Shown piece after piece: positions 11,891 to 22,254 of a DNA stretch of 64,000 bases; positions within the stretch are counted from its first letter, which is position 1, and each line of letters begins with the position of its first letter. This DNA comes from an uncultured Acidobacteriaceae bacterium. GTDB taxonomy: Bacteria; Acidobacteriota; Terriglobia; Terriglobales; Acidobacteriaceae. The stretch lies in assembly GCA_963752215.1 (NCBI GenBank), contig CAVVXR010000019.1, positions 17,657 to 81,656 on the forward strand, given 5' to 3'. The position numbers and the translations under genes are program-made. Below the pieces are notes generated by a model, which saw nothing but the letters and a program-made list of their open reading frames with translations, was not told the origin of the DNA and made no database searches.

Positions 11891-12235
11891 GGCATCGGCT
11901 CCCAGCCGTAGTATTGTTTGCAGGGCTAGCGGTAGTTCTTTTTCCTCCGCTCAGGGCGGAATCGTCGATTGCGTGATGCAGAAGAAGCTTCTTGTTTCAC
12001 GTGATACAGCTGGCTCGAGATCTATCGATCCATCTGGCGTTACAGATTCCTGGTGGCAAACAAATATGTTGAGCCGAGAGGGAGCGGTTCGAAACAGATG
12101 CGCGTGTTATATCCGCGCTTGGAAAACAGACGAGAAAGGCGGAATGCAGCCACAGACATCGTGCTGCGAGCCTTAGGCCGCCGGAAGAGATAGCTAGGAT
12201 CGCTGTGAAAGCTGCAGGCTTCAAGGTAATTTGAA
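11887..12235 (+). pseudogene. Probable remnant of a secreted-protein gene between carA and carB
   Basis: ATGA overlap with the carA stop opens a signal-peptide-like [25 protein letters not shown] that stops at 11976; only short ORF fragments follow; 3' end approximate. Confidence 0.4.
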
Positions 12236-12431
12236 GAATTAAGTTGAGGCTGAGCTTGAAGTTGAAGAAATCACACTCAAGGCGCAAATTTAGCCGAGAC
12301 TCTTGGAAATCCCAACGTTAGACACCTTGTCGAAAATTTACCATTCGTGAGTTCCGCTGGCCCCGGAGTCAATATCAGAACTGGGTGGCAGCCATCGCAG
12401 CGAAAGAATTTAAGGAAGTAGTACGACCAAC

Positions 12432-15400
12432 ATGCCACGCAGAAATGACATACAGAAGATCCTGGTGATCGGCTCGGGGCCGATTGTGATTGGGCAGTCT
12501 GCGGAGTTCGATTACTCCGGCACGCAGGCCTGCAAGGCTCTCAAGCAGGAGGGCTACGAGGTGGTGCTGGTGAACTCGAACCCGGCCACCATCATGACCG
12601 ATCCCGATTTGGCTGACCGCACCTACGTTGAGCCGCTTACTCGCGAATACGTCGAGGAGATTATTCGCATTGAAGCCGAGATGCTGGCCGCCAATCCCGG
12701 TTCGGGCAAGTTTGCGCTGCTGCCAACTGTGGGCGGACAGACGGCGTTGAATCTGGCTGTCGATCTGTCCGACGCGGGAATTCTGGATCGCTATAACGTC
12801 GAGTTGATCGGCGCCAAGCTAGAGGCAATCAAGAAGGCCGAGGATCGGCTGCTCTTCAAGGATGCGATGCTTCGCATCGGGCTGGAGGTTTCAAAATCGG
12901 CGCTGGTCAACAATCTGCGCGACGGGTTGGAATTTGCCAGCAAGCTTGGATTTCCCGTCCTGATTCGTCCTAGTTTCACTCTTGGCGGCACGGGCGGTGG
13001 TATTGCCTTTAACCGGGAAGAGTTGATGGAGATTTTGGCGCGCGGACTCGACTTGTCTCCTGTGCATGAGTGCCTGGTCGAAGAGAGCGTACTGGGTTGG
13101 AAAGAATATGAGCTTGAGGTGATGAGGGACCTCGCCGACAACGTCATCATTATTTGTTCGATAGAAAACTTCGATCCCATGGGCGTTCATACGGGCGACT
13201 CCATCACCGTGGCCCCGGCGCAGACGCTCACTGACCGCGAATATCAGAAGATGCGCGACGCAGCAATCGCTGTGATGAGAGAGATCGGTGTCGAGACCGG
13301 CGGGTCGAACGTTCAGTTTGCCGTCAATCCTCTGGACGGCCGCATGACGGTTATCGAAATGAATCCGCGTGTCTCGCGCTCATCAGCTTTGGCCTCGAAG
13401 GCTACCGGGTTTCCCATTGCCAAGATTGCCGCAAAGCTTGCAGTCGGCTATACGCTCGACGAAATCCCGAACGACATTACGCGCAAGACTCCGGCCTGCT
13501 TTGAGCCGACCATTGATTATGTCGTGGTCAAGATTCCCAAGTGGCAGTTCGAAAAATTTCCCGGATCCAATGAAACACTGGGCCCGCAGATGAAGTCGGT
13601 GGGCGAGGTGATGGCCATTGGGCGCACCTTCAAAGAAGCGCTGATGAAGGCGGTGCGTTCGCTTGAGACAGGGAAGAAAACCGATAGTGAAGCGATGGAG
13701 CCGCGCAGGCTGATTCAGAAGCTGGTCACGCCGCAACCGGAGCGGCTCAGCTATATTCGATTTGCATTTGAGCGCGGAATGAGCGTGCGCGAGGTAGCTC
13801 GGCTCACCAGCATGGACCCGTGGTTCCTGCATCAGATTCGCGAGATCACACTGGCGCAAAATCAAATCGCCTCAACCTCGCCGGAAACCATCACGGAAGA
13901 CGCACTGCGCCGCCTGAAGCGGCTCGGACTCAGCGACCAGCGCATTGCAGCGGAGTGGAAACTGGAAGGCCATGCCGGCATTAAGCAGGTGAGGGAACTG
14001 CGCGAAGCAAACGGGATTAGACCGGTCTTTAAGCTTGTCGACACCTGCGCCGCTGAATTCGAATCCATGACACCGTATCTCTACTCGACCTACGACGAGG
14101 AGGATGAGGCGCCACCGACCCAGACGCACAAGATCATCATTCTCGGTTCGGGGCCGAACCGCATCGGCCAAGGCATCGAGTTCGATTACTGCTGTTGTCA
14201 TGCCGCGTTTGCGCTGAAGGAAGACGGCTTCGAGACCATTATGGTCAATTGCAATCCGGAGACCGTATCCACGGACTACGACACAAGCGACCGGCTTTAC
14301 TTTGAGCCGCTGACGCTCGAGGACGTGCTGGCGGTTTACAACCATGAAGCACAGTCGGGTGCGAAGATTGGAATGATTGTTCAGTTCGGCGGGCAGACTC
14401 CGCTGAATCTTGCGCAGCGCTTGCGCGCAGCGGGAGTGCCGATCATCGGTACCTCGCCGGAGTCCATCGACCTGGCGGAGGATCGCAAGCGCTTCGGAAA
14501 GCTGCTTGAAGAACTGGATATTCCGCAGCCTCCCGGCGGCACGGCAACCAGCGTGGAAGAAGCTCTGGCCGTTGGAGAGCGGATTGGTTACCCGGTGCTG
14601 GTCCGTCCCAGCTACGTTCTCGGTGGCAGAGCCATGGTGATTGCTTACGACTCAGCGGCCGTTTCGCAGTATATGAGCCAGGCGGTTGAATATTCTCAAG
14701 AGCGGCCAGTGCTTGTCGATCACTTTCTCGAGAGCGCGGTTGAAGTTGACGTTGATGCGCTCTGCGATTCGGAAGACGTGATCATCGCCGGCATCATGCA
14801 GCATATCGAGGAGGCCGGAATCCACAGCGGCGACTCTTCTTGCGTGTTACCAGCCGTAAGCATCCGGCCAGAGACGCTGGAGACTCTGCGTACCTACACG
14901 CGTAAACTTGCTCTCGCGCTCAAGGTGGTTGGGTTGGTCAATCTTCAGTTTGCTATCCAGCGCAACGCGGCTGGCGACGATCATGTTTACGTTATTGAGG
15001 TGAACCCGCGCGCTTCGCGTACTGTGCCTTACGTTTCGAAAGCGACAGGCATTCCGCTGGCCAAGATTGCTGCCCGGCTTATGACCGGCCAGAAACTGTG
15101 CAAGTTGCTTCCGGCTCAACTCTCCGCGGGCAAAGACCTGGGAACAGGCGACTTCTTTTACGTCAAGTCGCCGGTCTTTCCATGGTCGAAGTTTGCTGGC
15201 GTCGATACGGTTCTGGGCCCGGAGATGAAGTCCACCGGTGAGGTGATGGGCGTGGCAGCCAGCTTTGGCGAGGCCTTTGCCAAAGCGCAGCTTTCAGCCG
15301 GGCAGGTTCTGCCTCGCACTGGGACTGTGTTCTTCAGCGTGAACGATCACGACAAGCCTGCGGTGATGGAATTGGCGCGGCGCTACGTTGAGCTTGGCTT

Positions 15401-15725
15401 CAAGATTGTTGCGACGGAAGGAACGGCCACCGTGCTTGAGAGGGGAGGCTTGATCGTCGAGCGAGTCTTCAAAGTCGAAGAGGGCCGGCCGAACGTCGTG
15501 GATCTGATCAAGGGTGACCGGATTCAGCTGATTGTGAATACGCCGCGCGGCCAGGACACCATCTTCGATGAGAAAGCGATTCGTCGCGCAGCGGTAGTGA
15601 GGCGAGTTCCAACCATTACCACCATCGCCGCCGCGCAGGCCGCCGTTGAGGGAATAGCCGCCATGCAGCGGAATCGCACCACGGTATATGCATTGCAGGA
15701 ACTGCACGCTGCGAACGGCGGATAA
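12432..15725 (+). CDS. carB: Carbamoyl-phosphate synthase large subunit
   Basis: [39 protein letters not shown] and C-terminal MGS domain; 1097 aa, intact. Confidence 0.99.
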   Translation: MPRRNDIQKILVIGSGPIVIGQSAEFDYSGTQACKALKQEGYEVVLVNSNPATIMTDPDLADRTYVEPLTREYVEEIIRIEAEMLAANPGSGKFALLPTVGGQTALNLAVDLSDAGILDRYNVELIGAKLEAIKKAEDRLLFKDAMLRIGLEVSKSALVNNLRDGLEFASKLGFPVLIRPSFTLGGTGGGIAFNREELMEILARGLDLSPVHECLVEESVLGWKEYELEVMRDLADNVIIICSIENFDPMGVHTGDSITVAPAQTLTDREYQKMRDAAIAVMREIGVETGGSNVQFAVNPLDGRMTVIEMNPRVSRSSALASKATGFPIAKIAAKLAVGYTLDEIPNDITRKTPACFEPTIDYVVVKIPKWQFEKFPGSNETLGPQMKSVGEVMAIGRTFKEALMKAVRSLETGKKTDSEAMEPRRLIQKLVTPQPERLSYIRFAFERGMSVREVARLTSMDPWFLHQIREITLAQNQIASTSPETITEDALRRLKRLGLSDQRIAAEWKLEGHAGIKQVRELREANGIRPVFKLVDTCAAEFESMTPYLYSTYDEEDEAPPTQTHKIIILGSGPNRIGQGIEFDYCCCHAAFALKEDGFETIMVNCNPETVSTDYDTSDRLYFEPLTLEDVLAVYNHEAQSGAKIGMIVQFGGQTPLNLAQRLRAAGVPIIGTSPESIDLAEDRKRFGKLLEELDIPQPPGGTATSVEEALAVGERIGYPVLVRPSYVLGGRAMVIAYDSAAVSQYMSQAVEYSQERPVLVDHFLESAVEVDVDALCDSEDVIIAGIMQHIEEAGIHSGDSSCVLPAVSIRPETLETLRTYTRKLALALKVVGLVNLQFAIQRNAAGDDHVYVIEVNPRASRTVPYVSKATGIPLAKIAARLMTGQKLCKLLPAQLSAGKDLGTGDFFYVKSPVFPWSKFAGVDTVLGPEMKSTGEVMGVAASFGEAFAKAQLSAGQVLPRTGTVFFSVNDHDKPAVMELARRYVELGFKIVATEGTATVLERGGLIVERVFKVEEGRPNVVDLIKGDRIQLIVNTPRGQDTIFDEKAIRRAAVVRRVPTITTIAAAQAAVEGIAAMQRNRTTVYALQELHAANGG

Positions 15726-15741
15726 CACGAATCACGACGCT

Positions 15742-16242
15742 TCAGCGCTGCTTTTGTTTTCTCGATCGAGTGCGCCGGGGGGCGAGCCATGCGCCGAACG
15801 AATAACCAACCAGGGCTGCAACGGGCCAGGTGCCGATAAACGGTCCGTCGTCGTCAATGAGCCCACTGGGCCCAGGAATGCTGAGTAAGGTCCGGGAGAG
15901 TCTATTCGTTGCGTTGCATTGAAAACACTGGCCGGGCCCTGTGGGCATATAGAGTATCCACAGGCTAAAGAACAATAGCCAAACGAGGCCCAAAAGCCAA
16001 ACGCTCGTGGCTGTGTTGTCCTGATGAAGCCGCGCAACCAAATGGCCGACGACCATCGGCACGAATAGTGACAAGCCGAGGACGAAGGTCTGCGAGACAA
16101 CAGGCGGGTCCAGGGCGTAACCGGCCAACATGAGGGCCAGCCACGATGCAATGGCAATGAGAGTGTGAATAAGGAACCAGAGAGCCTGCCGCGTACGACT
16201 GGATACACTCGCTTCCTCTTCTTCCGCCCGATACCTCACCAA
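15742..16242 (-). CDS. Hypothetical 4-TM membrane protein with CxxC loop
   Basis: Hydrophobic helices and a GQCFQC loop; start may be the GTG near 16209. Confidence 0.65.
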   Translation of the reverse strand: MVRYRAEEEEASVSSRTRQALWFLIHTLIAIASWLALMLAGYALDPPVVSQTFVLGLSLFVPMVVGHLVARLHQDNTATSVWLLGLVWLLFFSLWILYMPTGPGQCFQCNATNRLSRTLLSIPGPSGLIDDDGPFIGTWPVAALVGYSFGAWLAPRRTRSRKQKQR

Positions 16243-16379
16243 AGACTCCTTTTGAAATTCGTTGGTTCAGATTATCGTTTATTAAAGATACCTTTTGGCG
16301 CAATCGGAGAACAATTGCCAATTCGTTTGTGGCAGGGAAGTATCGCCACGGCTCGCCGTCAGGGTTTTACAATTGAACC

Positions 16380-17435
16380 ATGCTGATTGAGGGCATTTTT
16401 GCAGCGGTTCCTACTCCGTTCTACGCGGACGCGCGAGTCTATTTTCGCAAGATTGAAGCCAATATGGCTCGCTATTCGCGCGGTCTGCTTTCCGGAATGG
16501 TGGTACTGGGCTCGACGGGTGAGGCAGTCATGCTCGACGATTCGGAATCGCGCGATGTTTTACGTGTCTCCGCGGAATCCACGTCTGCCGAAAAGGTCCT
16601 GATCGGGGGCGTCGGTCGGGACAGCGTTAAGGCCACCGTGGATATGGCGGAGGCGGCGGCGAAATTTCAATACGACGCAGTTCTGGTCCGCACTCCAACG
16701 TACTACGCGCCGTTGATGACGAATGCAGCGGTTCTGCATTATTTCCGCAGTGTGGCGGACCGCTCGCCGTTGCCAGTGCTGCTTTACAACATTCCCAAGT
16801 TTGTTCCATATTCCATGCCGGTTGATCTGGTTGCCGAACTGGCCCGGCACCCCAACATCATCGGGATCAAGGATTCTACAGGGGACATTGAGCGCATTCG
16901 CTCGCTTGTCGAGTCCACCCACAGCGCCCCCCGACGAACCGTGACTGTGACTCCGATTTTTGAGGCAGTGACAACCCGCATGCAGTCCGCCAAGGCGGAG
17001 GGAGCTAACAACTTTGTTTCGGCAGGCGATCTTGCAGGTGGCGCGGCGGTAGCCGTCGCTTCTCCCACGGTTCCCATCAAGACGCGGACAAAAGAAGTGG
17101 GATTTCAGGTGATGACCGGCACAGCCGCCGGGCTGGTCGCATCGCTCGATGCGGGCGCGGGTGGGGCAGTTTTGGGGTTTGCATCGTGCGCTCCTCAGGC
17201 GTGCGTTGAGGTGTACCTTGCGTGGAAGGACCACGACTTGAAACTGGCGCGTGAAAAGGAAGGGCGTATCGCCGGCGCGGCCAAACGCATCGTAGGCGAG
17301 TTGGGAATTAGTGGCGCGAAGTACGCATGTGATTTCAACGGCTACTATGGGGGTCGGCCACGCGCGCCACTGCTTCCGCTTTCCGGAGATGAGAAAGCAG
17401 AGATTGAGGGTTTGTTGGCTGGAATCCGCAATTAG
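16380..17435 (+). CDS. DapA/HOGA-like class I aldolase
   Basis: GSTGE, LYNIP and IIGIKDS Schiff-base Lys motif. Confidence 0.9.
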   Translation: MLIEGIFAAVPTPFYADARVYFRKIEANMARYSRGLLSGMVVLGSTGEAVMLDDSESRDVLRVSAESTSAEKVLIGGVGRDSVKATVDMAEAAAKFQYDAVLVRTPTYYAPLMTNAAVLHYFRSVADRSPLPVLLYNIPKFVPYSMPVDLVAELARHPNIIGIKDSTGDIERIRSLVESTHSAPRRTVTVTPIFEAVTTRMQSAKAEGANNFVSAGDLAGGAAVAVASPTVPIKTRTKEVGFQVMTGTAAGLVASLDAGAGGAVLGFASCAPQACVEVYLAWKDHDLKLAREKEGRIAGAAKRIVGELGISGAKYACDFNGYYGGRPRAPLLPLSGDEKAEIEGLLAGIRN

Positions 17436-17542
17436 AGATCCCATATCTTATGTCTGATAACAGATATTCTGTATACTAAAACCGTAAAATAAAGATAACC
17501 CGCTAAACACCTCTATCGCTGGGTCTTTATCCCCTGCTCGAC

Positions 17543-18040
17543 TCACATCTTATACCGGCCCAGATCTTCGTCGTTCAGGCCTTCGAGCCAGCCGCGCAAT
17601 TGCTCCGCCGTCGGGCCTTCGGGCGGGCCTGATGTATTCAATTTGGCAGTCTGCATCACCTGTTCCGAGACGTAGATCGGGCAATCTGCGCGCAATGCCA
17701 GCGCGATTGCATCCGACGGCCGCGCGTCGATCGTTACAGGCTCGTCTCCCTGGCGCAGCCAAAGCACGGCCAGAAAAGTATCATCTCTAAGTTCTGTAAT
17801 TACAACGCGTTCCAGCTGAGCATTCAAGTGCTGAATTAAATTTCTGGCCAGATCGTGAGTCATCGGGCGAGCAGTGGCAACCTTCTCAATTTCGATGGCA
17901 ATGGCATTCGCCTCAAAGATGCCAACCCAGATCGGCATCACCGTCTCTGAAGCAACATCTTTCAGCACGACAATAGGCATATTGGTGGCGGGGTCCATCA
18001 TCAGGCCGCGAATTCTCACCTCAATATCCATTTGTGCCAC
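17543..18040 (-). CDS. Bifunctional nuclease family protein (DUF151)
   Basis: PIWVGIFEA, RPMTHDL, DARPSDAIALA. Confidence 0.93.
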   Translation of the reverse strand: MAQMDIEVRIRGLMMDPATNMPIVVLKDVASETVMPIWVGIFEANAIAIEIEKVATARPMTHDLARNLIQHLNAQLERVVITELRDDTFLAVLWLRQGDEPVTIDARPSDAIALALRADCPIYVSEQVMQTAKLNTSGPPEGPTAEQLRGWLEGLNDEDLGRYKM

Positions 18041-18072
18041 CTATATCTGCTGCTTCAATCAACTCTACAACC

Positions 18073-19394
18073 TTAGACGGCTTCCCCACCAGACTGTTTG
18101 GATGAGTCGCTGTGATTCTCACTTGCAAGTAACTTCCCGGTGCCGGAGCGATGGGCTGACGCGCAGGTAAAGTTCACCGGCTTGTTCTGGCTGCTGCGCC
18201 CTGAAATCTGCCCTCGCGCCGGATTCATGCCCTCAACCATCACTTCCATAAGTTCTCCTAAATGTCTGGCATAATTGATTCTTTGAATCTCGCGCTGCCG
18301 GTCAAGCAGCACTTGAAGCCGTTGCGACTTTTCCGCGTCGGGAATGGAATCGATCATCGTCAGAGCCGGCGTGTTGGGCCGGGCCGAGTACTTGAAGCCG
18401 AACACGCAATCGTACTCCACTTCCGCCAGCAGGTCCATGGTCTGGATGAAATCGTTCGGCAGTTTCGCCCGGAAAACCGACAATGATGTCTGTCGAAAGC
18501 GAGATCGGACCGGCGCGCCGCCTTGATCCATGCGATCCGCTCCAGGTACCAATCCGGCGTATACTCGCGGGCCATCATCTTCAGCACCCGCGCCGACCCC
18601 GACTGCACCGGCAGATGCACATGGTCGCAAAGCGTGGGAACGGCGTCAATCGCTTCAACGATGTCGCGGGTAAAGTCCCGCGGATGGCTGGTGGTAAACC
18701 GCACCCGGCGGATCCCTGCCACCTGGCCCACGGCTGCAAGCAGTTCCGCAAAGCTTCGCTTCCCTTCCGGATCGCGGTAGCTGTTCACGTTCTGGCCCAG
18801 CAGTTGAATCTCGGTGTAGCCCAGGTCGGCAATCCGCCGCGCTTCTTCCAGCACGGAAGTCCGAGCCCGGCTGCGCTCCTTGCCGCGCGTATACGGCACC
18901 ACGCAGTAGGAGCAGAACTTGTCGCAGCCCTCAATGATGGTGATGTAGCCGCGATAAGGATTCTGCCGGGCGGTAAACTCGGTCTCAAAGGTCTCGTCGG
19001 TCTGGCGGTCGTCGAGGCCGGTAATGCGGTTCTCGCCCGCTTCCAGGCGCGCCAGCATCTCCGGCAGCTTGCGGTAGGAGGCCGATCCGGAAACGAGCGA
19101 AACATACGGCGCGCGCTCGAAGATCTTTTCGCCCTCCTGCTGCGCCACGCAACCCAGCACCCCAAAGCGCTTGCCCGCCTTGTGCAGCTTCTTGTAGTCG
19201 TTCAGGCGGTTGAAGACCTTTTGCTCCGCTTTGTCGCGGATCGAGCAGGTGTTGTAGAGGATCAGGCCGGCGTCTTCTTCGGCTTCCACCTGCCGGTAGC
19301 CCTGCTGCTGCAATGTGCCAATCACCTTCTCGGAGTCATGGGCATTCATCTGGCAGCCGAAGGTCTCGAGATAGAAGGTTTTCTCGGTTGCCAT
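18073..19394 (-). CDS. miaB: tRNA-2-methylthio-N6-dimethylallyladenosine synthase, split by apparent indels in the 3' third
   Basis: TFGCQMN, NTCSIR, GCVAQ, EGCDKFCSYC, LLGQNVN, FTTSHP, HLPVQSGS, FKYSARP and TRAM tail. Confidence 0.96.
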
Positions 19395-19467
19395 AGTAGA
19401 TTTAAGTATATCTTGAATGCGGCCCGGTCTTCCTGCAGGGCTGCGGCAGAGCTGTTCGGAGGGCATC

Positions 19468-19863
19468 TTAAAGCAGCCCTGTATGCAGGTAGGCCAAAAG
19501 AGCGGCCATCTGCTCATCGGTAAATCGGCCGGCAAATGAGGGCATCAAGCCCCTGCCAGCGACAACGTTTTTACGGACCTCGGCGTCGGTTGCGGGAAGG
19601 CCGCTGGGCAGATAAGGGCGCTCGAAGAGATGGTGCAGGTCTGGCGGAACTTTCTTCAGGGCCAGATCGTTGTCTTCGTGGCAGTGGGCGCAGCGAACCT
19701 GGTAGAGATGCTTCCCTTCCTGCTGTTGCGGAGTCAGCGAAGGCGCCGAATGGCAGCCAGCCAAGAAGATTCCAAGGCTGGTCACCATTCCGGCGCAGGC
19801 CAGCGGTCCGCGCTCATTCGTCCTTCGAGTGCCGCCCAAATGCCGTCTATGCTTTCTCGGCAA
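19468..19863 (-). CDS. Monoheme cytochrome c lipoprotein
   Basis: LAGC lipobox, CAHCH heme motif, distal MPSF Met; exact start uncertain. Confidence 0.85.
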   Translation of the reverse strand: MPRKHRRHLGGTRRTNERGPLACAGMVTSLGIFLAGCHSAPSLTPQQQEGKHLYQVRCAHCHEDNDLALKKVPPDLHHLFERPYLPSGLPATDAEVRKNVVAGRGLMPSFAGRFTDEQMAALLAYLHTGLL

Positions 19864-20587
19864 ATCGCCCGCTGACGTAGTCCCAATTAAGAACCTGGAA
19901 AAATGCCTTCACATAATCGGCGCGCACGTTCTTGTATTTCAGGTAGTAGGCGTGCTCCCACACGTCGACGCCAATCACCGGCTTGTGGCCCACGGTAAGC
20001 GGCGTGTCCTGGTTGGGCGTGGTTTCAATGCTCACAGTTCCATCGGGCAGCTTCACAAGCCACGCCCAGCCGCTGCCGAAGACGCTCATTGCTGCTGCGG
20101 TCAGCTTGTCTTGAAACGTTGAGACCGAACCGAATTTTGCGATGATTGCCGCAGCAAGTTCTCCAACCGGAGCGGTTCCACCTTTTCCCAGCGTCGGCCA
20201 CCAGAAGGAGTGGTTGGCATGGCCTCCGCCCTGATTGCGAACGGCAGTGCGGGCCGACTCGGGCAAAGTATTCAGGTTCTCCACCAACTCCCAGACAGTC
20301 TTCCCCGCCAATTCAGGATGCGCGGCTACAGCGGTGTTGAGATTATTGACATAGGCCTGGTGGTGCTTGTCATGGTGCAGGTGCATTGTTTCCGCATCGA
20401 AGCTGGGTTCGAGCGCGTCGTATGCGTAGGGCAAAGGCGGCAGCGTGAAAGGTCCGGTGGGGGGAGCAGGTGGCGTCGCGGCCTGACCGCTGGGGGACCC
20501 TTCGGCGCTAAGGGTTTCGGCAATCAGCGCGGCGCTAGCCACCGCGCCCATCTGCAATAGAGCGGTTCTGCGATTGATCGATGTCAT
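19847..20587 (-). CDS. sodA: Mn/Fe superoxide dismutase with twin-arginine signal peptide
   Basis: [23 protein letters not shown] (Mn-type), [13 protein letters not shown]; N-terminus [11 protein letters not shown]; GGAG SD before ATG 20587. Confidence 0.93.
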   Translation of the reverse strand: MTSINRRTALLQMGAVASAALIAETLSAEGSPSGQAATPPAPPTGPFTLPPLPYAYDALEPSFDAETMHLHHDKHHQAYVNNLNTAVAAHPELAGKTVWELVENLNTLPESARTAVRNQGGGHANHSFWWPTLGKGGTAPVGELAAAIIAKFGSVSTFQDKLTAAAMSVFGSGWAWLVKLPDGTVSIETTPNQDTPLTVGHKPVIGVDVWEHAYYLKYKNVRADYVKAFFQVLNWDYVSGRFAEKA

Positions 20588-20773
20588 TGTGTGAGGCTCC
20601 TCTGGGAAGTTTCTGGTCGGGGAGGCGGCTGAAGCAAGTTCCGCCGGCAAGAAGGATCGTCCAATCAGTCTCAACGGACGCGCCGCCAAGGTCAAGCGCG
20701 TTGTTCCCGCTTCGCGAGATGTTTACAATTCTTTGACTTCGAATTCGTTGCTTAAAGAACGTATGCTGGAGCC

Positions 20774-21757
20774 ATGCAGCTTCCCACTTTTGCCGAAATC
20801 CGCGAGGCTCAAGCGCTGGTCCATCTCCACATGATGCCCACACCGCAGTATTCGTGGCCGTTGATCAACGAGCGGCTTTCGGCCGGAGCAGAGTCAAAAA
20901 CCGAAGCCTGGATCAAGCATGAGAATCACTCCCCTGTGGCCGCATTCAAGCTGCGCGGAGCACTGGTCTATCTGGACTGGCTTAAGCGGACGAAACCCGA
21001 GATTGTTGGTGTAGTCGCGGCTACGCGCGGCAACTTCGGGCAAGGCGTGGCAAGGGCAGCGCGGCTCCTCGATCTGAAGGCCGTGGTCGTCGTTCCACAC
21101 GGCAACAACAAGGAGCAGAATCGCGCCATCATGGCTCTGGGCGCCGAATTAGTTGATCATGGCCACGACTTCCAGGCGGCACTGGAGTTTGCCGGTACTC
21201 TCGCGGCAGATCGCGGGTTTGCGATGGTCGAATCCTTCCATGCGCGACTTGTGATGGGCACCGCAACTTATGCCCTTGAACTCTTCGAGGCGGCGCCTCC
21301 GCTCGACACTGTTTATGTGCCGATTGGGCTGGGCTCCTCTATCTGCGGTGTTGCCGCAGCGCGCAAGGCACTGGGGCTGGAAACCGAAATTGTCGGCGTG
21401 GTGGCTGCGGAGTCTCCTTCTTATGCGCTCAGTTTCAAGGAGCGAACAATTGTCGAAGCTCCATCGCGCACGGTCATCGCCGACGGTCAGTCGTGCCGTA
21501 CGCCCAATACCGATGCAATGGAATTGATTTGGGAAAACGTCGCTAAAATCGTTGAGGTCACCGACTCTGAGATTGCCATGGCCATGCGTTTCTATTTTCA
21601 AGACACTCACAACCTGGCAGAGGGAGCAGGAGCTTCCGCTCTAGCCGCGGCTTTGAAAGAGAAGAAGAAAAATGCGTGCAAGCGGATTGGCATTATTCTG
21701 ACGGGTGGGAATGTTGACTGCGCAACATACACCAAAGTTCTTGCCGGGACGATTTGA
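20774..21757 (+). CDS. PLP-dependent serine/threonine dehydratase family protein
   Basis: KHEN..AFKLRGA, ATRGN.GQ, VPIGLGS, TGGN. Confidence 0.9.
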   Translation: MQLPTFAEIREAQALVHLHMMPTPQYSWPLINERLSAGAESKTEAWIKHENHSPVAAFKLRGALVYLDWLKRTKPEIVGVVAATRGNFGQGVARAARLLDLKAVVVVPHGNNKEQNRAIMALGAELVDHGHDFQAALEFAGTLAADRGFAMVESFHARLVMGTATYALELFEAAPPLDTVYVPIGLGSSICGVAAARKALGLETEIVGVVAAESPSYALSFKERTIVEAPSRTVIADGQSCRTPNTDAMELIWENVAKIVEVTDSEIAMAMRFYFQDTHNLAEGAGASALAAALKEKKKNACKRIGIILTGGNVDCATYTKVLAGTI

Positions 21758-21766
21758 CGAGGAACA

Positions 21767-22201
21767 ATGTCGAAGACCATCGAGCATCTGGAACCATTTC
21801 CGCATTCGGCGCACAATCGCTGCTTTGGTTGTGGGCCAGCCAATCCAACTGGGCTGCATCTCGAATTCATGCGCGCTGAAGATGGTTCCATCGTCTGCGA
21901 GGCCACGGTTCCTGATCGGTTTGAGGGTCCTTCGGGTCTTCTACACGGAGGCATCATTGCCACGTTGCTTGATGAAGCCATGAGCAAGGCCGTCCGTGCA
22001 AGCGGCCGGACAGCAATGACTCGGCAGATGGAAGTCGATTACCGGCGACCGATTCCTTCTGGCGCGCAGATTCGCATTGAGGGCCGAATTGAGAGGAGCG
22101 AGGGCCGCAAACATTGGACAGAAGCAAGGATTCTCGACACCGGTGGAACCGCATTGGCGCGAGGTAAGGGACTGTTTATCGAAGTTCGGGCAGTCTCCTA
22201 A
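21767..22201 (+). CDS. PaaI-family hotdog thioesterase
   Basis: CFGCG..NP.GL and HGGIIATLLDE. Confidence 0.92.
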   Translation: MSKTIEHLEPFPHSAHNRCFGCGPANPTGLHLEFMRAEDGSIVCEATVPDRFEGPSGLLHGGIIATLLDEAMSKAVRASGRTAMTRQMEVDYRRPIPSGAQIRIEGRIERSEGRKHWTEARILDTGGTALARGKGLFIEVRAVS

Positions 22202-22254
22202 TTTGGTATGGCGCAGCGTTCATCAGCCTTTGCGTTTCCCGATGGAGTCGATCG

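Noticed and set aside
10838-19523. Long antisense ORFs (10838-11842, 16560-17444, 18483-19523)
   Set aside because: Shadows of GC-rich sense genes with no recognisable motifs
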